Part shown: in pieces, positions 1 through 9,469 of the stretch
How the letters are laid out: each line of letters begins with the position of its first letter
Numbering within the stretch: position 1 is the first letter of the stretch
NCBI GenBank assembly: GCA_012800795.1
Contig: JAAZIQ010000048.1
Location: 1,279-65,278 of the forward strand
Direction of reading: 5' to 3'
DNA length: 64,000 nucleotides
From: Bacillota bacterium
GTDB lineage: Bacteria > Bacillota > Dethiobacteria > Dethiobacterales > Dethiobacteraceae
Notes under the pieces: generated by a model
Told to the model about the DNA's origin: nothing
The model's database searches: none
What the model saw: the letters and a program-made list of their open reading frames with translations, nothing else
Position numbers and translations under genes: made by a program

Positions 1-2
1 TT

Positions 3-536
3 TTCTTTGCCCTTACTTTACCGGAAGAAATAAAAACAAGCTTATTAGCTTTACGTAAAGGTCTTACCATTAAACCGAATGCCGTTAAATGGGTAGAAAA
101 AGAAAATTTGCATTTAACACTACACTTTGTCGGGGATGTCGATAACGCTCGTATCCCTCAATTATTACAAAAAGCAGCCGCTGCAGCCGCCGGTACTGCC
201 AAATTCACAGTAAGTGTTGAGGGGGTAGGCGTCTTTCCCTCTCTTTATCGTCCACGTGTGGTGTGGGCTGGAATCAAGAAAGGGCAAGCGGAAGTCATTG
301 CACTGGCTCAGGCATTAAAGCAAACTTTGGGCAGCGCACAAAAGCAGCCATTATCCCCCCATATTACCATTGGACGCATTAGATCAGGCAAACAGCTTGC
401 TATAGAGCCATTTTTGCAGCGGGAAGCCCAATTTTATGCCGGCACATTTGAAGTATCTTCCTTTACTTGTTTTACAAGTACTCTGACAAGACACGGACCG
501 ATTTATCGAATTATAAAAGAAATTCTTTTATCTTGA
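3..536 (+). CDS. thpR: 2H phosphoesterase, RNA 2',3'-cyclic phosphodiesterase / 2'-5' RNA ligase family (5' end outside window)
   Basis: Frame is open from the window edge. Two HxT/S motifs (HLTLHF, HITIGR) are typical of LigT/ThpR. Confidence 0.8.
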   Translation, partial: FFALTLPEEIKTSLLALRKGLTIKPNAVKWVEKENLHLTLHFVGDVDNARIPQLLQKAAAAAAGTAKFTVSVEGVGVFPSLYRPRVVWAGIKKGQAEVIALAQALKQTLGSAQKQPLSPHITIGRIRSGKQLAIEPFLQREAQFYAGTFEVSSFTCFTSTLTRHGPIYRIIKEILLS

Positions 537-578
537 TGCAGGAATAATACTATTGGGGGCGAACATTAATAGAAGAGG

Positions 579-592
579 GGAACAAATGTTTG
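579..592. promoter_or_regulatory. LexA (Cheo-type) box upstream of recA
   Basis: GGAACAAATGTTTG fits the Firmicute CGAAC-N4-GTTCG-type palindrome and lies 17 nt before the recA start. Confidence 0.65.
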
Positions 593-608
593 GTAGGAGG
601 TTTATTAA

Positions 609-1637
609 ATGGAAAAACAAAAAGCCTTGGAAATGGCTATTATGCAAATTGAAAGGCAATTTGGCAAAGGTTCAATAATGAAGCTTGGCGATACAGCCGA
701 ACGTATGAATTTGTCAGTAATTCCAACAGGCAGTTTGGCCTTGGATATAGCACTTGGCGTTGGCGGTTATCCCCGGGGCAGGGTAATTGAAATTTTTGGA
801 CCGGAATCTTCCGGGAAAACAACAGTAGCTCTGCATGCCATTGCAGAAGCGCAAAAAGCAGGGGGATATGCCGCTTTTATTGATGCAGAACATGCTCTGG
901 ACCCATCTTATGCCAAAAAACTGGGTGTTAATACTGATGAATTGCTGGTCTCACAGCCTGACACCGGTGAACAGGCACTAGAGATTGCAGAATCTTTGGT
1001 TCGTAGCGGTGCTATTGATGTAATTGTCATTGATTCTGTGGCCGCACTGGTACCAAAAGCAGAAATTGAAGGTGAAATGGGCGATGCACATGTTGGCTTG
1101 CAGGCTCGTTTAATGTCACAGGCTCTGCGTAAACTTTCCGGTGCTATTTCCAAGTCAAAAACTGTCGCTATTTTTATCAATCAAATTAGGGAAAAAGTAG
1201 GTGTAATGTTCGGCAATCCGGAAGTTACTCCGGGAGGGCGGGCATTGAAGTTTTATGCTTCAGTACGGCTGGATATCCGGCGCACCGAAGCATTGAAGCA
1301 GGGCGCCGATGTTGTCGGTAACCGGACCAGGGCAAAAGTGGTAAAAAACAAAGTGGCACCGCCTTTTAAGCAGGCTGATTTTGATATTATTTATGGTGAA
1401 GGTATATCACGGGAGGGAACAATTCTCGATCTAGGCGTCGATATTGATTTAATTCAGAAAAGCGGAGCTTGGTATTCATTTGGTGAAACCCGTTTAGGTC
1501 AAGGCCGCGAAAATGCCCGTCAATTCCTAAAAAACAATCAGGATATTGCACATAAAATTGAACAAAAAATTCGTGAAATCTTTAGCTTGCCGCTGTACAA
1601 CGAGCCTGCTAAGGAAGAAGACATAAAAAATGAGTGA
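609..1637 (+). CDS. recA: Recombinase RecA
   Basis: Walker [10 protein letters not shown], full-length RecA-like sequence, AGGAGG RBS upstream. Confidence 0.98.
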   Translation: MEKQKALEMAIMQIERQFGKGSIMKLGDTAERMNLSVIPTGSLALDIALGVGGYPRGRVIEIFGPESSGKTTVALHAIAEAQKAGGYAAFIDAEHALDPSYAKKLGVNTDELLVSQPDTGEQALEIAESLVRSGAIDVIVIDSVAALVPKAEIEGEMGDAHVGLQARLMSQALRKLSGAISKSKTVAIFINQIREKVGVMFGNPEVTPGGRALKFYASVRLDIRRTEALKQGADVVGNRTRAKVVKNKVAPPFKQADFDIIYGEGISREGTILDLGVDIDLIQKSGAWYSFGETRLGQGRENARQFLKNNQDIAHKIEQKIREIFSLPLYNEPAKEEDIKNE

Positions 1638-2088
1638 TCCACTTAAAAGAGCGCGCAGTATTGCCTACCGCCTTTTGGCCCGGCGCGCACGTACCGTTAA
1701 GCAGATGCGTACTAGTTTACTTAAGAAAAAAATACCGGCTGATATTTCTGAACAGCTTATTGCAGAACTGCAGACGGCGGGCTATTTAAATGATGTACAA
1801 TATATACAAAACTATGTTGAATATCAGCTGTCAAATTTTCGCGGACCGCTGTGGTTGCGTGCTTCTTTACTGCGTGCCGGTGTTAATGCCGAAATGATAG
1901 ATGAAATTTTACCCACTTATTTTCCCCCGGGGCGCGAAGAAGAACTAGCCATGGCATATCTTAAAAAAATAAAGAAAAAAATTCTTTTAACACCGCAAAA
2001 GGCTGCTCGCAGGCTTATTTACCGCGGCTTCAATAGGCAAGTCGTCTGGCAAGTAGTAAAAAGTTTGTATGAAAAGACTGAAGCATAG
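1630..2088 (+). CDS. recX: RecA regulator RecX
   Basis: Overlaps the recA stop by 8 nt. Size and helical-repeat sequence are typical of RecX. Confidence 0.85.
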   Translation: MSDPLKRARSIAYRLLARRARTVKQMRTSLLKKKIPADISEQLIAELQTAGYLNDVQYIQNYVEYQLSNFRGPLWLRASLLRAGVNAEMIDEILPTYFPPGREEELAMAYLKKIKKKILLTPQKAARRLIYRGFNRQVVWQVVKSLYEKTEA

Positions 2089-2149
2089 ATTTCCTATTAG
2101 TTTTTTTGTTGTATGTTTGGGGTAAAATAGCAAAATAGACAGGCTTTCC

Positions 2150-2178
2150 TTGACATAATGCCATAAAAAAGATAAAAT
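2150..2178 (+). promoter_or_regulatory. Sigma-A-like promoter (TTGACA-17 nt-TAAAAT)
   Basis: Near-consensus hexamers read directly, about 200 nt upstream of rny. Confidence 0.5.
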
Positions 2179-2319
2179 TTATAACAGAAAAAGTTAACGT
2201 ATGTGCGTCTCCTGCTATCTGGATGTGTGGCTGAACAGCCTAAACATATATGCCTTCTACTGGTTAAAATCAATATATCAACAACGCAACCCAGTTGAGA
2301 TCGGTATGTGAAGCTTCTT

Positions 2320-2356
2320 ATAGCTGTGTGACTGCACAGCTATTTATTTTTCTTGT
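2320..2356 (+). terminator. Terminator-like hairpin inside the rny leader
   Basis: ATAGCTGTG/CACAGCTAT 9-bp stem followed by TTATTTTTCTTGTTT, ending about 30 nt before the rny start. Confidence 0.5.
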
Positions 2357-2385
2357 TTGGACCTTTAGAGCAGGAGGTGAAGTGC

Positions 2386-3927
2386 TTGGAAAACTTTTAT
2401 GTAATTCTTATAGTGATAATAACTACAATTTTGGCCGCAATCATAGGTTATTTAGCCCGCAAACAGATTGCAGAAAGAGCCATAGGTTCAGCTGAGCAAG
2501 CTGCTAAAACTATTCTTCAGGAAGCAGAAAAGCAGGCGCAGGCAATTAAGCGCGAAAAAATTATAGAAGCTAAAGAAGAAGTGCATAGACTGCGCCGTGA
2601 TTTAGAGCAGGAAAGCCGGGAACGGCGTGAAGAATTTAAACGCAGCGAGCGTAGGCTTTTGCAAAAAGAAGAAGCATTAGACAGAAAAATTGCACAAAAT
2701 GAACGCAAAGAAGAAGAAATTAAACAAAAAGAAATTGAAATTAACCAACTCCAGGAAAAAATAAAAGAAACGCTTCAAGAACAATTATCTGAACTGGAAA
2801 GGTTATCTGGCATGACAACCGAGGAAGCCAAAGAGATCCTGCTTTCGCGTGTTCGCGACGAAGTAAAGCATGATATGGCCATAATGATAAAAGAAATAGA
2901 AAGCCAGGCTAAAGAAGAGGCTGAAAAAAGGGCAAGGGAAGTTATCACCTATGCCATTCAAAAGTATGCGGCTGATCATGTCTCGGAAACAACAGTGTCT
3001 GTAGTTTCATTACCCAATGATGAAATGAAAGGTAGAATTATTGGCCGAGAAGGGCGAAATATTCGAGCACTTGAAACTTTAACAGGCATTGATTTAATAA
3101 TTGATGATACACCTGAGGCCGTAATCCTTTCCGGATTTGATCCTATCCGTCGGGAAATTGCGCGAATTGCTCTGGAAAAATTAGTGGCCGATGGGCGTAT
3201 TCATCCGGCCCGGATTGAAGAGATGGTGGAAAAAGCACGTCAGGAAGTGGAGACGCGTATACGTGAAGAAGGTGAGGCAGCAACCTTCGAAGCCGGCGTA
3301 CATGGGTTGCATCCTGAATTAATTAAATTACTAGGCCGTTTGCGCTATCGTACAAGTTACGGTCAAAATGTCTTAAAGCATTCTATTGAAGTTGCTCATT
3401 TGGCCGGAGCAATGGCAGCGGAGCTAGGGTTAGATGTTCAGTTTGCCAAGCGAGCCGGTTTATTACATGATATAGGTAAAGCTGTAGACCATGAAGTAGA
3501 AGGCCCACATGTTACTATTGGAGCTGATTTGGCCCGCAAATATAAGGAGTCACCTGAAATTGTTAATGCTATTGCAGCACATCATGGTGATGAGGAATTC
3601 TTAACTTTAGAAGCTGTATTAATCCAGGCAGCTGACGCTATCTCTGCAGCTCGGCCCGGCGCACGCCGTGAAACGCTGGAAGCATATATTAAACGCCTGG
3701 AAAAACTTGAACAAATCGCAGATTCTTTTGAAGGCGTAGAAAAAGCCTATGCTATCCAAGCAGGTCGGGAAATACGCATAATGGTTAAGCCGGAAAAGAT
3801 CGACGATCTAGCCAGTGTAACCATAGCGCGGGAGATAGTAAAACGTATTGAGGAAGAGTTGGAATATCCGGGTCAGATTAAAGTTACCGTTATTCGCGAG
3901 ACAAGAGCCGTTGATTATGCGAAATAA
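2386..3927 (+). CDS. rny: Ribonuclease Y
   Basis: N-terminal TM helix, coiled coil, KH ([12 protein letters not shown]) and HD (LLHDIGK) domains. Start set at TTG 2386, 8 nt after AGGAGG; the track start at 2353 lacks an RBS. Confidence 0.93.
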   Translation: MENFYVILIVIITTILAAIIGYLARKQIAERAIGSAEQAAKTILQEAEKQAQAIKREKIIEAKEEVHRLRRDLEQESRERREEFKRSERRLLQKEEALDRKIAQNERKEEEIKQKEIEINQLQEKIKETLQEQLSELERLSGMTTEEAKEILLSRVRDEVKHDMAIMIKEIESQAKEEAEKRAREVITYAIQKYAADHVSETTVSVVSLPNDEMKGRIIGREGRNIRALETLTGIDLIIDDTPEAVILSGFDPIRREIARIALEKLVADGRIHPARIEEMVEKARQEVETRIREEGEAATFEAGVHGLHPELIKLLGRLRYRTSYGQNVLKHSIEVAHLAGAMAAELGLDVQFAKRAGLLHDIGKAVDHEVEGPHVTIGADLARKYKESPEIVNAIAAHHGDEEFLTLEAVLIQAADAISAARPGARRETLEAYIKRLEKLEQIADSFEGVEKAYAIQAGREIRIMVKPEKIDDLASVTIAREIVKRIEEELEYPGQIKVTVIRETRAVDYAK

Positions 3928-3940
3928 AATAAATTGCTAA

Positions 3941-3986
3941 AAACAGAACGGAAATCCAAGCGGAGATCCGTTCTGTTTATTTTTTG
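3941..3986 (+). terminator. Rho-independent terminator after rny
   Basis: AAACAGAACGGA/TCCGTTCTGTTT 12-bp stem plus T-run. Confidence 0.8.
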
Positions 3987-4100
3987 GCTAACACAAAATT
4001 GGAACAGGAATTTATTGTTTTCAATAATGAGAAGGATTTTCTTCATGCTTTATTGAATTAAACCTACCTATGCATTACTGCTATATGGAAAATTGGGGAG

Positions 4101-4625
4101 ATGATTAATTTGAGCCAAACTTCACCTCATAAAAATCACAATTATGCAACCAATCTACTTATTTCTTTGCTGATGCGTTTTCCTGAGATCATGTCAATTA
4201 ATTTTAATTTACCGCGCGATAAAGCCAAATTTACTTTTGTGTTAAAGGGCAAACCCAGTAAGGAAGAATTTGCTCATTTTACTTGGCTGCTGGAAGAGTC
4301 ATTTTTAACATTGCAGGAAATATCAGAAGAAACTGTTAAAGTAAAAACTAAACTGCAAAGCGCCCAAGACATAAGCATCTTAACCGTATCATCAAACACC
4401 TCCTGCTTATCGCTGGAAAGCATTCAATTAATTTGTGGAGTAGTATGTAGTGAGTTTTCTCATACCGTCATACGCGATGCCGATACATTAGAAACTTTTC
4501 ATGACGATGAATTAATGCGCCAGGAAGAAATTATCGATTATTTATTAAGCCGCAGCACTGCTGCAAAGGATGGCAATTTGGTGGCATTTCGTGACTCCGG
4601 TAAAGTTTTTGTCTATAATAAGTAA
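4101..4625 (+). CDS. Hypothetical protein (174 aa) between rny and ymdB
   Basis: GGGGAG RBS and a long ORF on the operon strand. No family recognised. Confidence 0.6.
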   Translation: MINLSQTSPHKNHNYATNLLISLLMRFPEIMSINFNLPRDKAKFTFVLKGKPSKEEFAHFTWLLEESFLTLQEISEETVKVKTKLQSAQDISILTVSSNTSCLSLESIQLICGVVCSEFSHTVIRDADTLETFHDDELMRQEEIIDYLLSRSTAAKDGNLVAFRDSGKVFVYNK

Positions 4626-4705
4626 AAAGGATCACATTTGTATATAAATAAGTATATAAATAGGTCATAGATGGTTTTCTCTTAATCTTTTGTGAGGTGT
4701 TTTGA

Positions 4706-5491
4706 GTGCGTTTTTTACTAATCGGTGATGTGGTAGGCAGACCGGGGCGCCACTGTGTCAGGGATTTATTACCTCGTATGATTGAAAATTATGGAATTGA
4801 TTTTGTGATTGCCAACGGTGAAAATATTGCCTCTGGGACTGGTTTCAATGAAAAAACCGCCATGGAGCTCTTTAGCTACGGCGTAAACGTCTTAACAATG
4901 GGTAACCATGTCTGGGATAAAAAAGAAGCCATTGATTATATCACAAAAGAAGAACGCATAGTACGGCCTATAAACTATCCGGCGGGAACCCCCGGACAGG
5001 GATACGCTCTTTTTAGCTGTCGGGGACAAGCTGTGGGTGTTATTAATGCTTGCGGACGTGTTTTTATGGCTGATTTGGACTGCCCATTCCGCACTGTCAA
5101 AAAAGCAGTGGAAGAATTGCGGCAGCAAACAAAAATCATTATAGTTGATTTTCACGCCGAGGCTACCTCAGAAAAAATTGCTTTGGGTAGATATTTAGAC
5201 GGACAAGTCTCGGCCGTGGTAGGAACTCACACCCATGTCCAAACTGCTGATGAACGCATCTTATCAGGCGGTACGGCTTATATTACTGATTTAGGGATGA
5301 CCGGACCCCTGGAATCGATCTTAGGAATTGAGCCTGAAATTGTTCTGCAAAAATTTCTCACTCAAATGCCGGTAAGATTCGAAGTGGCAAAAAAAGGGCC
5401 AATACAATTTAATGCAGTATTAATTGATGTTGATGAAGAAACCGGCTTGGCAACTAATATTACCAGAATTATTGATTTACATGAATTTTAA
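4706..5491 (+). CDS. ymdB: 2',3'-cyclic-nucleotide 2'-phosphodiesterase, YmdB family metallophosphoesterase
   Basis: GTG start after GAGGTG. GDVVGRPGR and NGEN motifs, with the conserved rny-ymdB neighbourhood. Confidence 0.9.
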   Translation: MRFLLIGDVVGRPGRHCVRDLLPRMIENYGIDFVIANGENIASGTGFNEKTAMELFSYGVNVLTMGNHVWDKKEAIDYITKEERIVRPINYPAGTPGQGYALFSCRGQAVGVINACGRVFMADLDCPFRTVKKAVEELRQQTKIIIVDFHAEATSEKIALGRYLDGQVSAVVGTHTHVQTADERILSGGTAYITDLGMTGPLESILGIEPEIVLQKFLTQMPVRFEVAKKGPIQFNAVLIDVDEETGLATNITRIIDLHEF

Positions 5492-5587
5492 TACAAATAT
5501 TTCATAAACATAGAAGGATTTTTTATGAAAGATGCTGAATTAATATTTTAAGTTATCTGAATAGTTTAAATTGCAGGAGGGTCAGCG

Positions 5588-5848
5588 ATGGAAGTATTAA
5601 AAGTTTCAGCAAAATCTAATCCGAATTCAGTGGCAGGTGCATTGGCAGGAGTACTTAGAGAAAGAGGCGCTGCAGAGATTCAGGCAATTGGGGCAGGTGC
5701 ACTTAATCAAGCGATCAAAGCTGTGGCTATAGCGCGAGGATTTGTTGCACCCAGCGGCATGGATTTAATTTGTATACCTGCATTCACTGACATTGTAATC
5801 GATGGGGAGGAACGTACAGCAATTAAATTGCTGGTCCAGCCCAGGTAG
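5588..5848 (+). CDS. spoVS: Stage V sporulation protein S
   Basis: 86 aa beginning MEVLKVSAKSNPNSVAGALAG, highly characteristic of SpoVS. Confidence 0.95.
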   Translation: MEVLKVSAKSNPNSVAGALAGVLRERGAAEIQAIGAGALNQAIKAVAIARGFVAPSGMDLICIPAFTDIVIDGEERTAIKLLVQPR

Positions 5849-5860
5849 ACAATAATATTA

Positions 5861-5887
5861 AACACCCTTTATCGGGTGTTTTTTTTG
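5861..5887 (+). terminator. Rho-independent terminator after spoVS
   Basis: ACACCC/GGGTGT stem plus T6. Confidence 0.8.
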
Positions 5888-5923
5888 CTTTTAAATCAGT
5901 GTATGATAAAGAAGAAGGGAGAG

Positions 5924-6916
5924 ATGAAAGTGAATGGCATCCTAAAAGATATTTTTATTGCTGATGGCCACTGCGACACTGTGCATCACTTTCGAGGCAC
6001 TGCAGGGTATAATTTTAGCAAGGCCAATAACATTGGACATATAGATTTGCCCCGCTTGCAAAAAGGAGGTGTCGCCTTACAGTTTTTTGCCTTGTTTGTT
6101 GAACCGGAATTTAAGCCCTTCCAAGCACTGCAGCGAACGCTGCAATTAATGGAACATTTTCTTTCTGAAATGAAAAAAAATGGCGATCAGATAAAAGTTA
6201 TTCGTACGCAACAGGATTTGGCAGAAGCCATAAAGCAGCAAAAGTTGGCGGCACTAATGAGTCTGGAGGGTGCTGAAGCCCTGGAAGCAGGAGTAGAAAT
6301 TTTGCAGATTTTTTTCCGTCTTGGCTTGCGCGGCGTTGGGTTGACATGGAACCAAAGGAACGGCTTAGCCGACGGAGTAAGCGTAGGTAAAGCTGCCGGA
6401 GGGCTAACTAAACTTGGAAAAACAATGGTGCAGGAAATGAACCGCCTGGGAATAATTGTAGATGGAGCGCATCTGGCGCCACGAGGCTTTTTTGACCTCC
6501 TGGAAACTTCAACAAAACCTGTTGTTATTTCACATGCCAATGCAGCTGCACTTTGCTCCCACCCGCGCAATCTATCTGATGAACAATTAAAGGCGTTGCG
6601 CGATCACGGAGGAGTTGTAGGACTAACCGTTTTTCCCGATTTTATAGTGGATGAAGGACCGGCAACTCTTGCAGATTTGTTGGATCATTTCTGTTATATT
6701 GCTGAACATTTTGGAACAGACATTTTAGCCATTGGCGCAGACTACGACGGCATAAAAAATACTGTGGAAGAATTAAGTGATGTCAGCAAAATGCCGCTTT
6801 TGCTTCATGGTTTATTAGAACGCGGCTTTAGCAAAAATGAAGTAAAAAAAATAGCAGGGGAAAACTTATTAAGGATTGTCCGTAGTACACTGCCAAAGGA
6901 GGAAGTTATATTTTGA
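5924..6916 (+). CDS. Membrane dipeptidase (peptidase M19 family)
   Basis: DGHCDT motif and M19-like length. Start moved to ATG 5924, which has an upstream GAAGGGAGA RBS. Confidence 0.85.
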   Translation: MKVNGILKDIFIADGHCDTVHHFRGTAGYNFSKANNIGHIDLPRLQKGGVALQFFALFVEPEFKPFQALQRTLQLMEHFLSEMKKNGDQIKVIRTQQDLAEAIKQQKLAALMSLEGAEALEAGVEILQIFFRLGLRGVGLTWNQRNGLADGVSVGKAAGGLTKLGKTMVQEMNRLGIIVDGAHLAPRGFFDLLETSTKPVVISHANAAALCSHPRNLSDEQLKALRDHGGVVGLTVFPDFIVDEGPATLADLLDHFCYIAEHFGTDILAIGADYDGIKNTVEELSDVSKMPLLLHGLLERGFSKNEVKKIAGENLLRIVRSTLPKEEVIF

Positions 6917-7749
6917 CAATTGTGGCTGATCTGCATGTGCACACAACTGCCAGTGATGGTCTATACTCTCCAGAAGAAGTGGTAAAGCTGGCTGCTCGTA
7001 AAGGGCTGCAGGCCCTGGCTGTAACAGATCATGACACAGTGGACGGTATTAAGGAGGCGCAGCTTACCGGTGAAAAAGTTGGCATTGAAGTTTGGCCGGG
7101 AATAGAATTAAGTACAGAGTACGAAGACAGTGAAATTCACCTGTTAGGTTTCGGCATAGACCCTGATGCCGTTTCACTTTTTACATTGCTGTCAAGGCTG
7201 CGTGAAAGCCGATTTGAACGCACGGAAAAAATAGTTGCCGTTTTAAAGAAAATGGATTATCAAATAACGATGGAAGAAATTTTGCAAGAGGCAGGAAATG
7301 CTGCTCCAGGCAGGGCACACATAGCGAGATTGCTTGTAAAAAAAGGGTATCGGAAAAATGTTCCGGAAGTATTTGCTACACTGCTGGATAAAGGTCAACC
7401 GGCTTATGTGAAAAGATATAAAATTACTCCGCAAGAAGCCATTGCTACCATCCGGGCTGCCGGGGGAGCAGCATGCTGGGCACATCCGGGCTTGGCAAAA
7501 AAAGATCATTTGTTGGCCCTATTTATCAAATATGGTTTACACGGCATAGAAGTATTTCATCCAGATCATTCAAATGCAGCAGAAAAAAAATATTTATCTT
7601 TAGCCCAGGAACCTGGACTGCTAATTACCGGTGGTTCCGATTTCCACGGAAAAGAAATGGGGTCGGCACGTGATTTAGGTGCTTCGGGCTTAAACGCCGC
7701 CAGATACCAAAGCTTTAAAAAATTTATGCATAAGATCAAAAGAATTTAG
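6913..7749 (+). CDS. PHP domain phosphoesterase (TrpH/YciV-like)
   Basis: DLHVHTTASDG N-terminus. The TTG start overlaps the dipeptidase stop. Confidence 0.85.
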   Translation: MTIVADLHVHTTASDGLYSPEEVVKLAARKGLQALAVTDHDTVDGIKEAQLTGEKVGIEVWPGIELSTEYEDSEIHLLGFGIDPDAVSLFTLLSRLRESRFERTEKIVAVLKKMDYQITMEEILQEAGNAAPGRAHIARLLVKKGYRKNVPEVFATLLDKGQPAYVKRYKITPQEAIATIRAAGGAACWAHPGLAKKDHLLALFIKYGLHGIEVFHPDHSNAAEKKYLSLAQEPGLLITGGSDFHGKEMGSARDLGASGLNAARYQSFKKFMHKIKRI

Positions 7750-7802
7750 AATCTCCTCTGATTATCATTTATTTATTTAAGTTGCTAAAGATAAAAATAA
7801 AA

Positions 7803-7882
7803 ATGAACCTCACAGAGGCGTTTGTTTGTTGCATGTAAACTTTTACAGTTTAGATACAACTTTCAGCATCTGTGAGGTTCAT
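7803..7882. repeat. 14-bp perfect inverted repeat with a 52-nt spacer
   Basis: ATGAACCTCACAGA (7803-7816) pairs with TCTGTGAGGTTCAT (7869-7882). Confidence 0.6.
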
Positions 7883-7998
7883 CTCTATTATTTCCGGCTT
7901 CACTGATTAATATTACGGTAATTTATGCCAATACAAAACATAATTCTGCCCTATTTCCATATAATGATAACGTAAATTGAGATTAAGGCGGGATTTTA

Positions 7999-9387
7999 GT
8001 GGAAGGGCAAAAAAAACAACTGCCACACCGGGTAATAATCTTATCTTTAGTAGCTGTATTTTTATTTTTTGCTTCAGGCCTAGATTATTATTATCATCGT
8101 GACCGAATTTATGCCGGGATAAATATTGACACAATCAATGTAGGTGGGTTAACAAAAGAAACTGCCAGGCAGCTGTTGGAAGACGAATTGCTAAAAAACA
8201 ATTTTGCGCAAAATTTGGTGGAGTTGCAAATCAATGAACAAGTGTATAGGAAAACTTTCGCAGAGCTGGGAATAACGGTTGATTTAAACAAGACTATTGA
8301 ATCTGCTTACCTAGTCGGTAGAAAGCTTTTACATCTTTTCCGCTACCCCCAACGTTTACAGCTGGCCCGTAAAAAAGCTACTATTTCGCCCTGCATACAG
8401 ATAGATCAGACAAAATTTCAAAACACCCTAAAAGAAATAGCTATCTCCACAGAAGAAGCTGCAGTTAATGCTTCTTTTAAGCTTTCTGCTGACCGAAAAA
8501 AAGTCGAAATTGAAGCTGATAAGCCCGGCAGAACAATAGACGTGCAGGAAACATACAGAATTGTACTGGAATCGGTAAAATCTTTTTTTGCACCGATCAG
8601 CGTTGAAGTGCCCATGTTAGAAATAAAGGCAGAAATTACAGCCGAGTATTTGGATTCTCTGGGCATTACGGAAGAAATCGCATCTTTTTCGACCGTGTTT
8701 TCAACTGCTAATGCTAATCGTGCCCATAATATTCGCTTGGCGGCCGCAGCTTTAGACAAAGCCTTGATTTTACCCAATACGGTTTTTTCCTTTAATGATA
8801 CGGTAGGTAATGCAACTGCTGCCAGGGGTTACCGTGCTGCACCTGTAATTGTCAACGGCAGATTGGTTGATGGTATTGGCGGCGGCATTTGCCAGGTATC
8901 TTCTACTCTTTACAATGCAGTATTATTGGCTGATCTGGAAATTATTGAACGTAGAAACCATGGCTTAGCCGTAAACTATTTGCCGCCCGGTTTAGATGCA
9001 ACCGTAGCTTACGGCAGCATCGACCTGAAATTTAAAAATTCTCGTTCTCATGCTTTGTGGCTGCGAACTTTTATTGATAACAATAAAATAACAGTAGCTT
9101 TATACGGAACTAAAATTCCAGGTCAGGAAGTGAGGGTATATACCAGCAATGTGCAAAAAATTCCTGCCGGAGAAAAAATTATTGAAACGGACAGTTTGCC
9201 CAAAGGCAAAAAAGAGTTAATTAGGGCAGGACAGCCAGGCTACCGGGCCACAGTATGGCGAGCTGTTTTTCTTAATGGGAAAGAGGAACGCAGGGAGAAA
9301 ATTTCCCAAGATACATATAAGGCTGTCCCAGCCGAATATAGAGTCGGGACGGCAGAAATTCCCGCCGAAGGCAGTTCAATAGAATAA
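7999..9387 (+). CDS. VanW family protein with C-terminal G5 domain
   Basis: N-terminal TM helix, VanW core (GGGICQVSSTLYNA) and a G5-like C-terminus. Confidence 0.85.
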   Translation: MEGQKKQLPHRVIILSLVAVFLFFASGLDYYYHRDRIYAGINIDTINVGGLTKETARQLLEDELLKNNFAQNLVELQINEQVYRKTFAELGITVDLNKTIESAYLVGRKLLHLFRYPQRLQLARKKATISPCIQIDQTKFQNTLKEIAISTEEAAVNASFKLSADRKKVEIEADKPGRTIDVQETYRIVLESVKSFFAPISVEVPMLEIKAEITAEYLDSLGITEEIASFSTVFSTANANRAHNIRLAAAALDKALILPNTVFSFNDTVGNATAARGYRAAPVIVNGRLVDGIGGGICQVSSTLYNAVLLADLEIIERRNHGLAVNYLPPGLDATVAYGSIDLKFKNSRSHALWLRTFIDNNKITVALYGTKIPGQEVRVYTSNVQKIPAGEKIIETDSLPKGKKELIRAGQPGYRATVWRAVFLNGKEERREKISQDTYKAVPAEYRVGTAEIPAEGSSIE

Positions 9388-9400
9388 AGCTAGAAATTAA

Positions 9401-9427
9401 AAGCTTGGCGCCGGCCGAGCTTTTTGT
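9401..9427 (+). terminator. Rho-independent terminator
   Basis: AGCTTGGC/GCCGAGCT stem, GCCG loop, T-run. Confidence 0.75.
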
Positions 9428-9444
9428 TATACTAAAGATGGCAG

Positions 9445-9458
9445 CGAACATAAGTTCG
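9445..9458. promoter_or_regulatory. LexA (Cheo) box upstream of dinB
   Basis: CGAACATAAGTTCG has perfect CGAAC-N4-GTTCG arms and lies 12 nt before the dinB start. Confidence 0.85.
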
Positions 9459-9469
9459 GGGTGATAATA

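Noticed and set aside
640-1180. Antisense ORFs inside recA (640..822 and 908..1180)
   Set aside because: They lie wholly within a well-supported gene on the opposite strand, have no RBS and have low-complexity translations. The same applies to other track ORFs of this kind, for example 2517..2708, 6187..6570, 26287..27459, 36040..36882, 39031..40386 and 61153..62375.
2295-2495. 66-aa ORF overlapping the rny leader and start
   Set aside because: It has no RBS and overlaps the terminator-like hairpin and the rny N-terminus in another frame.
4640-4663. Tandem 12-mer GTATATAAATAA/GTATATAAATAG upstream of ymdB
   Set aside because: There are only two copies in an AT-rich promoter-like spacer. These are probably overlapping -10-like elements rather than a distinct feature.
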